From Minisyncoccota bacterium (lineage in GTDB: Bacteria > Patescibacteriota > Minisyncoccia > UBA6257 > HR35): a stretch of 29,567 nucleotides of DNA. Made by a program: the position numbers and the translations under genes. The notes beneath the pieces are model-generated. The model was not told the DNA's origin. It saw only the letters and a list, made by a program, of their open reading frames with translations, and ran no database searches. Position 1 is the first letter of the stretch. Each line of letters begins with the position of its first letter. Below are positions 6,894-17,743 of this stretch, piece after piece. Where the stretch lies: the NCBI GenBank assembly GCA_028276075.1, contig JAPYXA010000001.1, positions 1 through 29,567 on the forward strand. The letters are read 5' to 3'.

Positions 6894-9800
6894 TTATTCT
6901 CTAATAATATCTTCTAATTTCCAAAATAATCTGCCACCTTTTTCTAAAAGTTCGTTAATAAGAGAAATTACTCCGTCTTTTATTTTTTGATTTTTATTTT
7001 TATAAAGAATATTAAATGCTTCATACCATTCTTGATCTATATGAATTAACATTCTGTTTTCGCGTTTATTCTCTAAAATACTATTTAAAAATAAACTTAA
7101 AATTTCTAATGTTTTTTCAGGAGATTCTTTGGCTAATCTAACAATATTTTTCATTAATGCATAATCCCAATCTAAAACGCCTTCTGTTTTTTCTAAAGTT
7201 CTTTTAACCAAATCAGCTAATTCTTCACCTTTGAAAATTCCTTTATCTAAATCAATCCAAAATCCGAATGCTTCAAATGGTTTTTTGTCTTTTGTATATT
7301 TCTCAAGCATCCAATTCCAAAAATCCTTAATTCTTTTCTTAATATTTAAACCATCTTTTTCTATTTTCTCAATAAGATTATCTTCTCTTGTTATAATATA
7401 ACGTCCGATAAAATCTACAAAATGAAAATGTTCTTTTGAGCTTCCTTCTTCCCAGAATTTTTTAAATAATTTATTTTCAAAATCAAATTCTTTAAAATGT
7501 ACAAAAGCAAGCGCTAAATGAGCAGCAATTCCTTCGTCTAAATCTCTAAAATTTTCTTGATTATAATCTTCTTCTTTTAATATAATTCCGTATTCATATA
7601 ATTCCTGAATTTTTAGATCAAAAAATAGTTCTTTGTATAAATTTTGAGACAAATATCCTTGCCAACTTGCGGTATAAAGCCGATTATTTTCTTTTGGAAA
7701 TATTTTAGAAAATAAACTTCTTACCCATTCTTTATCTCTAAAATAAAATGATGGCAAATAATAACCAAACATAAACATTAAAGCCCGAGTATTTTCTTTC
7801 TCTAAAACTTCTTTAAATATTCCTTTTACATCCTCTTTTAGCTTCTCACCATCCTGATAAATAAACAAAACAAAATCTTCAAAAGCTCTACCTCTAACTG
7901 AATTAATTGCTATTGTAAAAGGATCAGAAATCTTTTTTTCTTTCCCTCTTTCAACTGTCATTTTTGCTGTTTTAATATCTTCATCTTCTGGAATTGGATC
8001 CGGATAATTCAATAAGTATTTAATTATTTTCAACAACTCTCCTCTGTATTTGCTAAAATCAATTACAACTATACCATCTTCGCTTTTTAATAATTCTCTA
8101 ATAACATCAGTCATTGCAAAATGAACCGAATTCCAATTAGCTAACAATGTATAACCAAACTTCTGCTCTTGAGGTTCGTTATAGAAACGCTTTTTCTCTC
8201 CTGATTCTTTAATTTTTAATAAAAGGTCAATTAAATTTTTCCCATCAATATCTTTTGCTTTCGCTCTATTATTTTTTATTGCTTCTTGAACACCAGCCAG
8301 AAAAGAATAAGTATAATGAGGATGCAATTTTTCTCTATTAAAAAACTCAGTTGAATATTCTAAATATTTTTCTAATCTTTCTGGGACATTTCTTTTAATA
8401 TGGTCACCGATACCACCAGCATTTATTAAGTCAAAAATATCATATTTATCCTTGTATGTTTGGTAAAGATTTTCAGGAGTCCATTCAGCAGTCAATTTTT
8501 CTAAAATTTCTTTAATTTCCATTTTTGAAAATTCCTCATAAGATATTGGCGATCCACTTCTAACAGTACCGAATTTTACTTCTACTTCCGGCTTTATCTC
8601 AATATCTGGATTTAATTCAAATCCATTGTCTTTTGATTTTAATTTCTCTTTTTCTGTAAGATGATTAAAAATCAACGAAAGTATTTTTGAACCATCTTTT
8701 ATAATCCATTCTTTATCTGGATTTTTCTCTTTTTGTCCTACAAAAAATTCTATAACTTGCTTTACATAATCTCTTTTGTCTTTTTCTTCTAAAACTCCAA
8801 AACAATTCTGAAGTAATTTTTCATATTCAACTGTCAAAATATCATAATACCTATCGCCAACATTAAAAATTCTAAATAACGTTTTTTTAATTTCGTCTTT
8901 GAAGATTGAGCAATCTAATTGTAAAATGGCTAACCTCAATTTCCATGCTGAATATGTATCCGGTAATATTTCCACATTTTCAAAATCTAAAATGTCTTTA
9001 AAAATTTTTCTTAAATCTTCTTTATTATCTTTATATTTTTCTTTAATTAATCTTCTTGAAATTTCTAAAATAGCAGCAATAAGTTCTTTGATATTATCTT
9101 TGCCCCATAAATCTTTATCTTCTCCAACTTTTAAATCAGAAAAATCTTCATAGAAATAAAGATTATCTTTTAACTTAAATATACTTTCTTCACTTTTTTC
9201 AGATGCATTATTTATAACCTCTTTTAAAATTTTTATTGATAAATCTAGAACTTTTTCCAAATATTCATCATCAATATTAACCAAATACCAAAAAACTCTT
9301 GTATAAGATAAATTTTCAAAATAAAATGGACTTTCTGGAAATCTGTTTTGACTTTTTATTTCTTCCCTGCTTTTAACAGATAATATCGCTTCAACAAGAA
9401 TTAATAAATTATCAAAATTTTTTGCCTCAAATAGTTTTTTAAGTATTTCCTCGTATTCAAAACCCCATTGATTAAAAACACCCATTAAAGGAATCCAGTT
9501 TTCATCTTTTATTTTCTGAACAATTCTAACTAATTGTTTAACTGGTAATTTACTACAAATATAAACAAATCTATCTATTACTTCTGGATTAAATGTTTCT
9601 TTTGAAATCGAAACCTGAAGTATAATATCTACAACTTTTTCCGGTACTTTTTCAGCTACTTTTACTAAATAATTTAATTCTGGAGTTTTATAACTATAAC
9701 GAGTTGGATCTTCTGCTTTTTGCTTAATTGCATCTAAAAATCCATTTCCCCAAAGCCAATCAATCCATCGTTCGTCTGCTTTATAAAAGAAATAATAATG

Positions 9801-10361
9801 GGCATCACTATTTATATTGATCAGAGCTTCAATTTCATTTTTCAGTTGTTCCTGTTGAAATTCTATCGGCTCTTTCTCTAAAATTTCATCAATAAATTTA
9901 TGTATATCTGTTTGATATGCTAATGCTTTCTTTATAACCTTTATGAATTCTTGGCGTAAATTTTCAAAATCTTCTATGAGTCTATGATGAGCAACATCTT
10001 GTAATTTATTATAAAGTTTTCCTATTTCTTCATCTTTTATTAGTTTTGACCCCACAGAACCAAATTTTTCAAAAGCTTTTTTCTTTTTATCTTTAACTTG
10101 CTTGATTTGCGGACTAAAAAATGGATAAAGAATTTCTCTTAAGGAATGAGTTGCTTGAGATAACCAATCAGGATTAGATCTATTTTCCTCTCTAGCAGCA
10201 AAAATCGAGCCTTTATAGAATTCAGATGGTTTTTTATTCAAATTATAATATTCATAAAATTTATCCAATTTCCGACACAAATATTCTTCCTCCGGAGATA
10301 AAATAACGGGCGGTAGACGTGTAATTCCATAAAACTCTGGTAAATTTTTATCCTGTTCCAT
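6894..10361 (-). CDS. Large hypothetical protein (possible HEPN-like N-terminal domain + long alpha-helical region); putative defence effector
   Basis: 1155-aa ORF overlapping the MTase stop by 14 nt. N-terminal NPDWLSQATHSLREIL and KLQDVAHH. No Walker motif seen. Confidence 0.8.
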   Translation of the reverse strand: MEQDKNLPEFYGITRLPPVILSPEEEYLCRKLDKFYEYYNLNKKPSEFYKGSIFAAREENRSNPDWLSQATHSLREILYPFFSPQIKQVKDKKKKAFEKFGSVGSKLIKDEEIGKLYNKLQDVAHHRLIEDFENLRQEFIKVIKKALAYQTDIHKFIDEILEKEPIEFQQEQLKNEIEALININSDAHYYFFYKADERWIDWLWGNGFLDAIKQKAEDPTRYSYKTPELNYLVKVAEKVPEKVVDIILQVSISKETFNPEVIDRFVYICSKLPVKQLVRIVQKIKDENWIPLMGVFNQWGFEYEEILKKLFEAKNFDNLLILVEAILSVKSREEIKSQNRFPESPFYFENLSYTRVFWYLVNIDDEYLEKVLDLSIKILKEVINNASEKSEESIFKLKDNLYFYEDFSDLKVGEDKDLWGKDNIKELIAAILEISRRLIKEKYKDNKEDLRKIFKDILDFENVEILPDTYSAWKLRLAILQLDCSIFKDEIKKTLFRIFNVGDRYYDILTVEYEKLLQNCFGVLEEKDKRDYVKQVIEFFVGQKEKNPDKEWIIKDGSKILSLIFNHLTEKEKLKSKDNGFELNPDIEIKPEVEVKFGTVRSGSPISYEEFSKMEIKEILEKLTAEWTPENLYQTYKDKYDIFDLINAGGIGDHIKRNVPERLEKYLEYSTEFFNREKLHPHYTYSFLAGVQEAIKNNRAKAKDIDGKNLIDLLLKIKESGEKKRFYNEPQEQKFGYTLLANWNSVHFAMTDVIRELLKSEDGIVVIDFSKYRGELLKIIKYLLNYPDPIPEDEDIKTAKMTVERGKEKKISDPFTIAINSVRGRAFEDFVLFIYQDGEKLKEDVKGIFKEVLEKENTRALMFMFGYYLPSFYFRDKEWVRSLFSKIFPKENNRLYTASWQGYLSQNLYKELFFDLKIQELYEYGIILKEEDYNQENFRDLDEGIAAHLALAFVHFKEFDFENKLFKKFWEEGSSKEHFHFVDFIGRYIITREDNLIEKIEKDGLNIKKRIKDFWNWMLEKYTKDKKPFEAFGFWIDLDKGIFKGEELADLVKRTLEKTEGVLDWDYALMKNIVRLAKESPEKTLEILSLFLNSILENKRENRMLIHIDQEWYEAFNILYKNKNQKIKDGVISLINELLEKGGRLFWKLEDIIRE

Positions 10362-13300
10362 AATTCTCTATAATTTTAATCTCGTCTTCGGTTAAGTTAT
10401 AAAGTTTATAAACTAATTGGTCTATTTGTTTTTCGTATTCGGTTGTGTCGGCTTTTGAGTTTTGATTTTTAAGAGATAGAATTTTATCAACTAATGATTC
10501 TATTTGTTTTGTCAGTTGTCTATTATTTTCAGAAATGTAAGGAATTGGGAGTTTTTCTAAAAATTCTTTTTTATATCTATAACCCTCGTCTCCTAAACCG
10601 CCACCTGCGTAGAATTTTCTAAAAAAATATGTAACCGGTTTTGAGTTTAATAATCCGCAGATGTATTTAATATTTTCTCCTGTCATTAAAAATGCAGTTG
10701 CTTCAATATAAAATTTATTTTCATCAAAATAAAACTGTGGTTCTTGCACTATTTCTGAATATACTATCTTCTCCTTCTCAAACTCCGGATAATAAGCACA
10801 ATGGCGTAATTCCCACCAGTAATCACCTTGATCATCTCTTTTTTTAGCTTCTTTCTCAAATTTTTTTAAATATTTCATTAAAGATGGAAAGGTTTTTTCA
10901 ATAAATATTTCTGGTTTTTCTTCTCCTCTATTTTCATCTGTCCAACCAGCTGGAATGACTATAACCCACAAACCTGCCCACTCATAATAATATCTTTTAA
11001 TATCTCTCCCTCTTAAAATTGGATTGATGATTGCTTCGGTTCTTTTTCGTTCTTCTTCGTCTTTACAATTGGCTAAAATTTGGTTTCTTTTTTCTGTGGT
11101 TATGATAAAAGCTTCATTTAAACCGGTTTTGATACCGTAGTAAATTTTTACATCCCAATCTTTTAAAGGCTTGCCAATTTTTTCAATTTTTTCTTTTAAT
11201 TTTCTTTCTGCTTCGGTGCCAATAAACCAAGCTTCTGATGTAAGATTAGAAAGCAAAATGCTTTTTTCTTTAAATACTTCATCAATATTGTTTTTATCTT
11301 GTTTTTCAAGCTTTAAAGCTTTTAATTTATTTTGATTTTGCGATTTTTGAATTATTAAAATACAAGTATCCACTGTCGCGCTTTCAAAAACTCCAGGACC
11401 CAAATCAATAAGCTTAATTGGATTATATTTAATAAAAAATTCTCTTAATTTTTTACCATAGCCAGCCCTCATCCATTTATTAGAAGAAATATAAGTTAAA
11501 ATTCCATTTAATTTTAAAAGTTGTATCCCCTTTTCATAAAAAAGACAATAAATATCTCCAGTTCTATCAAATGTTTCATATCCTTCTTCTTTGTATAAAT
11601 CAGCATATTTTTTCTCTTTATCAAAAGCTTTTTGAAGTTGAATATAAGGTGGGTTAGCAATCACAATATCAAAACCATCACTTAATCCAAACATCCATTC
11701 TGGCTCAAACCAAGGATTAGAATAATTTGGATCAAAAGGTTTAAAAGCAAGAATTTTTTGAGCTGTTTGTTTTAAAGCATCTCCAGAAATAACTTTTTTA
11801 ATTTCTTCTATTTTCTTATTAACTTCTTTTAATTCTTTTAATTTACTCTGAATTTTTCCTTGCTTTAAATCAATACTTAGTCGCATAGTTTTGCCGAATA
11901 ATCTTTTTTGCTCAATAACCTGAAATTGCTCTGGCTCTAATTTAATTTTTTCAATCTCTTCTTGAATTTTTTTTGCTTGCGAAATCAATTGTCCTAATTC
12001 TCTTTTTTTCTCTATTTTAATAGTAGATTTCAAGCTTTCAGATAATTTCTTTTCTAATTTTTCTATATTTTCTCTTATCTTTTTCTTATCTCCTCTTAAT
12101 TTTGCCCTAAAATAACGATGATATTGTTCTTTAATATCATTAAAAAGTTTTTGGATTTTTTCATCTTTAAATAATGTAAGTTGGATATCTTTTTTAATAC
12201 CTAAACCAATTAGAGAATTAGCAGTGATAAATTTCAAATCAAGATTTGGCAAAGGAATAATTCCAAAATTTTCTTTATTTTTATCAACTTTTTGATCAAT
12301 GATTAAAGAAATAAAAAATCTTAATTTGCTTAATTGTGTAGCAATTTGCTGAATATCAACTCCGAAAATACAATTTTCTATTAAATAAAGTTTTCTGGCA
12401 TAATCAGGGTAAAAAAGATTTTCATTAAATGTTTCTTCTAATTCTTTAAAATGTTCTTCTATTTCTTTTTCATCTTTTTCTGATAATTTTTTAAGTTCTT
12501 CTTTTAATTTTCTTATTTGAATTTTTTTCCAATATTCATTTTTGGGGTCTATTTTCCCTAAAACATAAACCAACTTATTTAAAATACCCATTGGAAAAGC
12601 ACCAGAGCCACAAGCAGGATCGATTATTTTAATTTCGCTTATTATTTCTACGATTTTTTCTTTTTGTTTTTCTTCAGGTTCAATTTCTTCATCTGAATAA
12701 GATAAAAGTAAATCAAGGGTTTCTTCTGGTATTTCGGGAAGCTTAGTTTTAAAATATTCAAGAAGGCTTTGATGAACCATATATTCAACAATTTCTCTTG
12801 GAGTATAATAACTACCTGTTGCTTTTCTTGCTGTGGTTGCGGTTTCCGGATTATAGACTGCCAAAAGATTTTCAAAAATTTTTCCTAAAAGTTCTGGGTC
12901 CAAAGCAACTTCTTGGTCAATTGGAGTTGCTTCATCTATCGTAAAATTATAGCTTTTTAATATATTAATAAGTCCTCTTGCTTTTTGATTTGATTTAATT
13001 TGGTATTTGCTTAAATCAGTTTTAATTTCTTCGCTAAAGAATAAATAATCAGGAATTTTTGCTTGTCTCTTTTCTTCTCGTGAAAAACCATCAACATAAA
13101 TTACTTTTCCGTTTTCATCTTCTTTGTCTAAACAATCAAAAAGACCACCATTGATAAAAGGAATCTCAGAGAATATTTCTTGTACTTCTTCAGGAGAAAT
13201 TAAAAATTTGTCTTCGTATCTATATAATTGTTTAATCCCATAAGTATTCCTATTTTCCGGAAACCCCTTGTTAAAAGCCCAACCTCTATCTTTAATTGGT

Positions 13301-14073
13301 TGATTTAATGTAGCAAAGAATAAATTTTGCAAAATTGCGTTGTAATAATTACAAGAATCTTGGGAAACATTAAAATCTTTAATTACTCCTTTAATTTCTT
13401 TTTGGTTAAAAATTTGATCTGGAATTAATCCTTTTTGCTTAATAAACCAAATAAAAATTAATCTACTTAATAATCTTATAAGATGTAGAGGCTTGGTTTC
13501 TTTTTTATTATCTGGAAAATGTATTTTATCTAAAGCGGTAAAGAACCATGTTTGGATTTCTTTATAAAATTCTTTTGTAATTGGCTCAACAGAAAATGCT
13601 TCTTTTATTTTTTCTAAAGATGAAAAATCTCCATCTCCTACCTGACGTAAGAATGTATTATTTGTCTGATCTTTAGACACAAAATAGGTGAATCTCTTGA
13701 AATGACTAAACTTTCTTTTAGTACCAAAGTATTCTGTATAAATTAAAGAAAATCTGAATTTATTATCATTGTCATAAAAAATAAATATTCCAGCATCTGC
13801 ATTTTCATTTTTTAAAATTTTTTTCCCAATTTCGTATTGTTTTTTCTTGCCGGATCTTTCAGTTAATTCTTTTAAAACTTTAAATGTACAAAAAATAATG
13901 TTATTATCTTGAAATTGAATTTCTCCGATCTTTTTTGATAAACTAAAATCTTCATTTTCAATTCCTAAATTAATTTCTAAAGGTCTAAAATTATGATTTT
14001 TAATTCGAAAAAAATTAATAAATTTTTCTGGAGAAAAATCTTCAATTATTTGTCTTAAAATTTCTCTGCTCAT
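10348..14073 (-). CDS. Eco57I/TaqI-like N6-adenine DNA methyltransferase with C-terminal target-recognition domain
   Basis: FINGGLF, PELLGKIFENLL, GSYYTPREIV, motif I DPACGSGAF, motif IV IANPPY, TaqI_C-like C-terminus. Confidence 0.93.
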   Translation of the reverse strand: MSREILRQIIEDFSPEKFINFFRIKNHNFRPLEINLGIENEDFSLSKKIGEIQFQDNNIIFCTFKVLKELTERSGKKKQYEIGKKILKNENADAGIFIFYDNDNKFRFSLIYTEYFGTKRKFSHFKRFTYFVSKDQTNNTFLRQVGDGDFSSLEKIKEAFSVEPITKEFYKEIQTWFFTALDKIHFPDNKKETKPLHLIRLLSRLIFIWFIKQKGLIPDQIFNQKEIKGVIKDFNVSQDSCNYYNAILQNLFFATLNQPIKDRGWAFNKGFPENRNTYGIKQLYRYEDKFLISPEEVQEIFSEIPFINGGLFDCLDKEDENGKVIYVDGFSREEKRQAKIPDYLFFSEEIKTDLSKYQIKSNQKARGLINILKSYNFTIDEATPIDQEVALDPELLGKIFENLLAVYNPETATTARKATGSYYTPREIVEYMVHQSLLEYFKTKLPEIPEETLDLLLSYSDEEIEPEEKQKEKIVEIISEIKIIDPACGSGAFPMGILNKLVYVLGKIDPKNEYWKKIQIRKLKEELKKLSEKDEKEIEEHFKELEETFNENLFYPDYARKLYLIENCIFGVDIQQIATQLSKLRFFISLIIDQKVDKNKENFGIIPLPNLDLKFITANSLIGLGIKKDIQLTLFKDEKIQKLFNDIKEQYHRYFRAKLRGDKKKIRENIEKLEKKLSESLKSTIKIEKKRELGQLISQAKKIQEEIEKIKLEPEQFQVIEQKRLFGKTMRLSIDLKQGKIQSKLKELKEVNKKIEEIKKVISGDALKQTAQKILAFKPFDPNYSNPWFEPEWMFGLSDGFDIVIANPPYIQLQKAFDKEKKYADLYKEEGYETFDRTGDIYCLFYEKGIQLLKLNGILTYISSNKWMRAGYGKKLREFFIKYNPIKLIDLGPGVFESATVDTCILIIQKSQNQNKLKALKLEKQDKNNIDEVFKEKSILLSNLTSEAWFIGTEAERKLKEKIEKIGKPLKDWDVKIYYGIKTGLNEAFIITTEKRNQILANCKDEEERKRTEAIINPILRGRDIKRYYYEWAGLWVIVIPAGWTDENRGEEKPEIFIEKTFPSLMKYLKKFEKEAKKRDDQGDYWWELRHCAYYPEFEKEKIVYSEIVQEPQFYFDENKFYIEATAFLMTGENIKYICGLLNSKPVTYFFRKFYAGGGLGDEGYRYKKEFLEKLPIPYISENNRQLTKQIESLVDKILSLKNQNSKADTTEYEKQIDQLVYKLYNLTEDEIKIIENYGTG

Positions 14074-17000
14074 AAATTCCTATTTTCTATCGCAATAATA
14101 ATTTCTTTACTAATTTCTTTTAATTTTTCTTTTTCTTTTAATAAGTAATTTTCTCCCCCTAACTCATCTTTTAATTTTTCTAATTCTTTTATTGTATTTT
14201 CCATTTCATCGTCCGAAGCTTTTAATTTTATAATTCTGCGCAAAGTATAATCAGATAGAGTACCATAATCTGTAATATCTTCTCGCAAAGTGCGTAAGAA
14301 TTCTTTTAGTGGAGATAATTTTTCATTGTTTAAGTTAAGTAAAGTTTTAATATTGTTTAATGCTTTTTGCTCTAAACTTGCTTCAGGAATAGGCAACCTT
14401 TCTTCTCTTAATTCTTTAACAATTTCGTATTTTTCCCAAAAATTGTCACTTAAATCTATCAATTTTTCATTTTTGGGGCAACGAATTCTATCTATTATTT
14501 CTTCAAGTATAACTGGCTGTGGTTTATTTTGGTCGTTGTAATCAATTTTTTGGATATACAGTCTTCTTTTTTTAATAAACACAAGAAGTTCATCTTTATC
14601 GGATTTTTTTGCAACTTTTACTCTTGGTGGACAATTTTTTATATTCTCAACAATTTCGGGGTATTCTTTTTTAATTCTTTCAAATTCATTCAAAATTGTA
14701 GTATAAAAACTCTCACTTTCTATTTTATCTGGGTTTTGTTGTATTCTTTGATACAGTTCGGAAGGAATTGGTTCTTCATCAATATCAAATATTTTAGCAT
14801 CTTCTCCAAGCACATTATGAATTAAAAACATTTTTTGCGCCGCTATTTCTCTTGATTTTACAAGTTCGGATCCTTTTTCAGTTGGAAAAAAGTTTGCTAT
14901 ATAAACTTTATCAAAAACTTTTTTACCAATCCTATTGATTCTACCCACTCTTTGAATAACTCTTACCGGATTCCAAGGTATATCATAATTTATTACAAGA
15001 CCAGCTCGATTTAAATTAAATCCTTCAGAGATTCTATCAGTAGATAAAATAATATCGTATTTGTTTTCTTTCTTTTCTTCTGGATAAGAAGCGTCAAAAT
15101 TTTTATTTATTTCTTCTATTTTAGTTTTTGTTAGATCACCAGCAATAACTAAAACACTATCATTAAAGTATTTTTGTAATGGGTTTTTAAGATATTTAAC
15201 TGTATCAAGATATTCTGAAAATATAACAATTTTTCTGCGAGGATCTATTTTCCTCCATTCTCCTAATTTGTTTATTAAACACTCCAATTTAGGATCGTTA
15301 TTTACTAGTCCTAAAGCATCTAACCTTTTTAAAATTTCTTCAAATAAATTAAGATCAGATTTTATATCCTCAAGAAAAAGATCTTTTTCTTTCAGTTTTT
15401 CTATTTCGTATATATCCGAGTTCTTTGGATAAATTCCTTCGTTCAATTTTTGAGCGTATTCTTTAAGTTTTTCTTCTATTTGTTCAGGTTCTAATTCACA
15501 AATTTTTTCCAGGAAGTCTCTGTCTAAAATAAATTTATTGGTTTTATTTATAAATTGGAGGCAATGATCTGTTATGTTTCGGAAGTTTTCTATACTTTGC
15601 TTAAATGCTCCAAAAGAACTTTCAAATCTTTTAACAAGCAATCTTCTCATAAAGTCATACAAATTAAATTGTTGTTGAAATCTTCTATTATCTTCTTCTG
15701 ATAAATCAATTTCTGTATCTTCATATTTAACTCCTGCTTTATATTCAAAAGGCCTGTAAATTGCACCTTTAAATTTTCCGCCCTCTTCTGGATAATTAAA
15801 ATAACTTATTACTTCGTCATAAAATTTAGACTGCTCTTTGGATAATTCAAAAAACCATTCCTGAGGATCTGCAACTTCAGTTAAATTTTTAACCTCATCT
15901 TTATAAAATGGATTCTTTTGTAAATCAAGTCTATTTCTTCTAATTGTTACAGGTTCAATAACGTCTCTTATTTGTTTTGATAAATATTTTGCTCTTTGAG
16001 TAACTTTTCTTAGATCTATTTCGTCCTCTCCGAATAAAGATTTGTAATATGCTTTTGCCTTTGAAGATTTGTTTTCATCGCCTAAGTTGTGATATTTTTT
16101 AATATAACCAAGTTTATCAAAGGTAGTTTTAAATATCCTAAACTTATCTAATAAATTATTTTCTAATGTAATTGTCGATTTTTTAGGAGATATAAATAGT
16201 TTTAATAATGACAAAATATCACCGGGGCGATTATTAAATGGAGTTGCAGTAAGCAAAATTACTATTTTATCACGACAAATATTTTTTAATTGTTCGTATG
16301 ATTTGGTATCTTCATTTCTAAATCTATGCGCTTCATCAACTATTATTACTTCAATATCTCTTAATCCTTTTAAAGATTTTATAAAATCTTTATTGCCTAA
16401 TTTTCCTATTGATTCTGCTCGCCAATCGTATAATCCAAAAGCTTCAAGATACCATCTCCACCCTGATTTTTCCTTTTTTTCGTCTCCTATAAGGCCTGGT
16501 GGACACAAAACAATGCCTCTTTTTCTTAATTGCCTAGCTACTAAACAGGAAATTATTGTTTTACCTAAACCAACAACATCAGCTATTATAACTCCATTAT
16601 TGTTTTCTATTATACTAAGCGCTTGTTTAACAGCATGTATTTGATAAAGATAAGGAGCAAAGCCATTTTTTTCCATAACTGATTTAATGCTTTCGTCACC
16701 AACATCTTTAAGAGAGAAAGTGTCAAGATAATTTTTTAAAACAAGAGAATATGCTTCAAATGGAGTAATTTTCTTTATTAAAGTTTTATTTTCAATAGTA
16801 CTTATTAGTCGCTCTTTTATTATATTATTTTCTGTTATCTGGATTGCCTCTTCCCAAAGATTATCAAAATATTCTTCCGCCTCTTTTGATCCATAATCAC
16901 TTATTTCTACATTAAATTCTTGTTGTTGTTCTAAACCAGCCGATGTTAAATTACTACTGCCTGTTATAAAAATAGTATTTTTTACTTCTCCGGGTTTTAA

Positions 17001-17417
17001 TTTAAAAATATACAATTTAGCATGATTTGGTTTATAAGTTTTTCGAATTATTAATCTATTTTCTTTTATTAAATCTATGAAAAATTTAACTTGTTCGTAA
17101 AATTCTCTTGTATCAAAATCGTCTGAATTGATAGAAATTGCTAAAGATTTGAAAAAAAGATCTAATTTTTCTTGACCTGATATACTTGAATCTCTCTCAG
17201 TAATTTCTATAAGTCCATAAGTTATCTTATCAACATTTAAACCAACTAAGATTTTTAATTTAGCAGAAGGATTGTTTTTTAACCCTTCGTACAATTCTTT
17301 TATTCCGGAAAAATAAAAGAAACCCACTAAAAATTTTAATTCATTGCTTTTGGATATTAACTCACTTATCCTATCTTTCAAATTCCCAACTCCGCTATTG
17401 GTTATAAAATTAGCCAT
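14070..17417 (-). CDS. PLD-nuclease + SNF2/SF2 helicase fusion
   Basis: PLD-like NHAKLY...GSSNLT; helicase motifs IADVVGLGKT, DEAHRFRN, LTATP, SEGFNL, NYDIPWNPVRVIQRVGRINR. 4-nt overlap with the MTase start. Confidence 0.93.
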   Translation of the reverse strand: MANFITNSGVGNLKDRISELISKSNELKFLVGFFYFSGIKELYEGLKNNPSAKLKILVGLNVDKITYGLIEITERDSSISGQEKLDLFFKSLAISINSDDFDTREFYEQVKFFIDLIKENRLIIRKTYKPNHAKLYIFKLKPGEVKNTIFITGSSNLTSAGLEQQQEFNVEISDYGSKEAEEYFDNLWEEAIQITENNIIKERLISTIENKTLIKKITPFEAYSLVLKNYLDTFSLKDVGDESIKSVMEKNGFAPYLYQIHAVKQALSIIENNNGVIIADVVGLGKTIISCLVARQLRKRGIVLCPPGLIGDEKKEKSGWRWYLEAFGLYDWRAESIGKLGNKDFIKSLKGLRDIEVIIVDEAHRFRNEDTKSYEQLKNICRDKIVILLTATPFNNRPGDILSLLKLFISPKKSTITLENNLLDKFRIFKTTFDKLGYIKKYHNLGDENKSSKAKAYYKSLFGEDEIDLRKVTQRAKYLSKQIRDVIEPVTIRRNRLDLQKNPFYKDEVKNLTEVADPQEWFFELSKEQSKFYDEVISYFNYPEEGGKFKGAIYRPFEYKAGVKYEDTEIDLSEEDNRRFQQQFNLYDFMRRLLVKRFESSFGAFKQSIENFRNITDHCLQFINKTNKFILDRDFLEKICELEPEQIEEKLKEYAQKLNEGIYPKNSDIYEIEKLKEKDLFLEDIKSDLNLFEEILKRLDALGLVNNDPKLECLINKLGEWRKIDPRRKIVIFSEYLDTVKYLKNPLQKYFNDSVLVIAGDLTKTKIEEINKNFDASYPEEKKENKYDIILSTDRISEGFNLNRAGLVINYDIPWNPVRVIQRVGRINRIGKKVFDKVYIANFFPTEKGSELVKSREIAAQKMFLIHNVLGEDAKIFDIDEEPIPSELYQRIQQNPDKIESESFYTTILNEFERIKKEYPEIVENIKNCPPRVKVAKKSDKDELLVFIKKRRLYIQKIDYNDQNKPQPVILEEIIDRIRCPKNEKLIDLSDNFWEKYEIVKELREERLPIPEASLEQKALNNIKTLLNLNNEKLSPLKEFLRTLREDITDYGTLSDYTLRRIIKLKASDDEMENTIKELEKLKDELGGENYLLKEKEKLKEISKEIIIAIENRNL

Positions 17418-17476
17418 AATTATATTTTAATTTTACCATTCTATATTTAGAGTTCAAATTTTAAAGAAAGATTTTA

Positions 17477-17743
17477 ATAAGGAATATGGTCATAAGTTTT
17501 GAATATAGTCCTTGGTTCGCAATTTTAAAGAAACACTCTAGACTTATTAAAGAAATTTGCGAACTCGAAAAAGATAAGATTTTACAAGGAGAAAAAGCTA
17601 ATTTTGAGAAAATTCATTCTGAAATGCTCCGCACTGCTTACTTTATTCAAACCATCGAAAATATCATCAAACAAACTCCTTGGGAAGTAAAATTAAAGAT
17701 TAGGAATACTTTTCAAATAATTAATGAAGTCTTTGGGCATTAA
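17477..17743 (+). pseudogene. Junction J3: most complete copy; 85-aa ORF reading through the core (probable C-terminal remnant of an element gene, possibly a recombinase)
   Basis: Core 17600-17631 lies within ...KANFEKIHSEMLRTAYFIQT.... Homology to J1 extends upstream of the ATG (IRNMVISFEY vs IRDKTITFEY), so the ATG is probably not an original start. Confidence 0.6.

Noticed and set aside
8899-16644. Short plus-strand ORFs at 8899, 12648, 14290, 14529 and 16303
   Set aside because: Antisense shadows of long, motif-rich genes; no recognisable motifs.
10348-17417. Calling the operon DISARM or BREX
   Set aside because: No drmA/drmB (DUF1998), pglZ or brxC genes are present.
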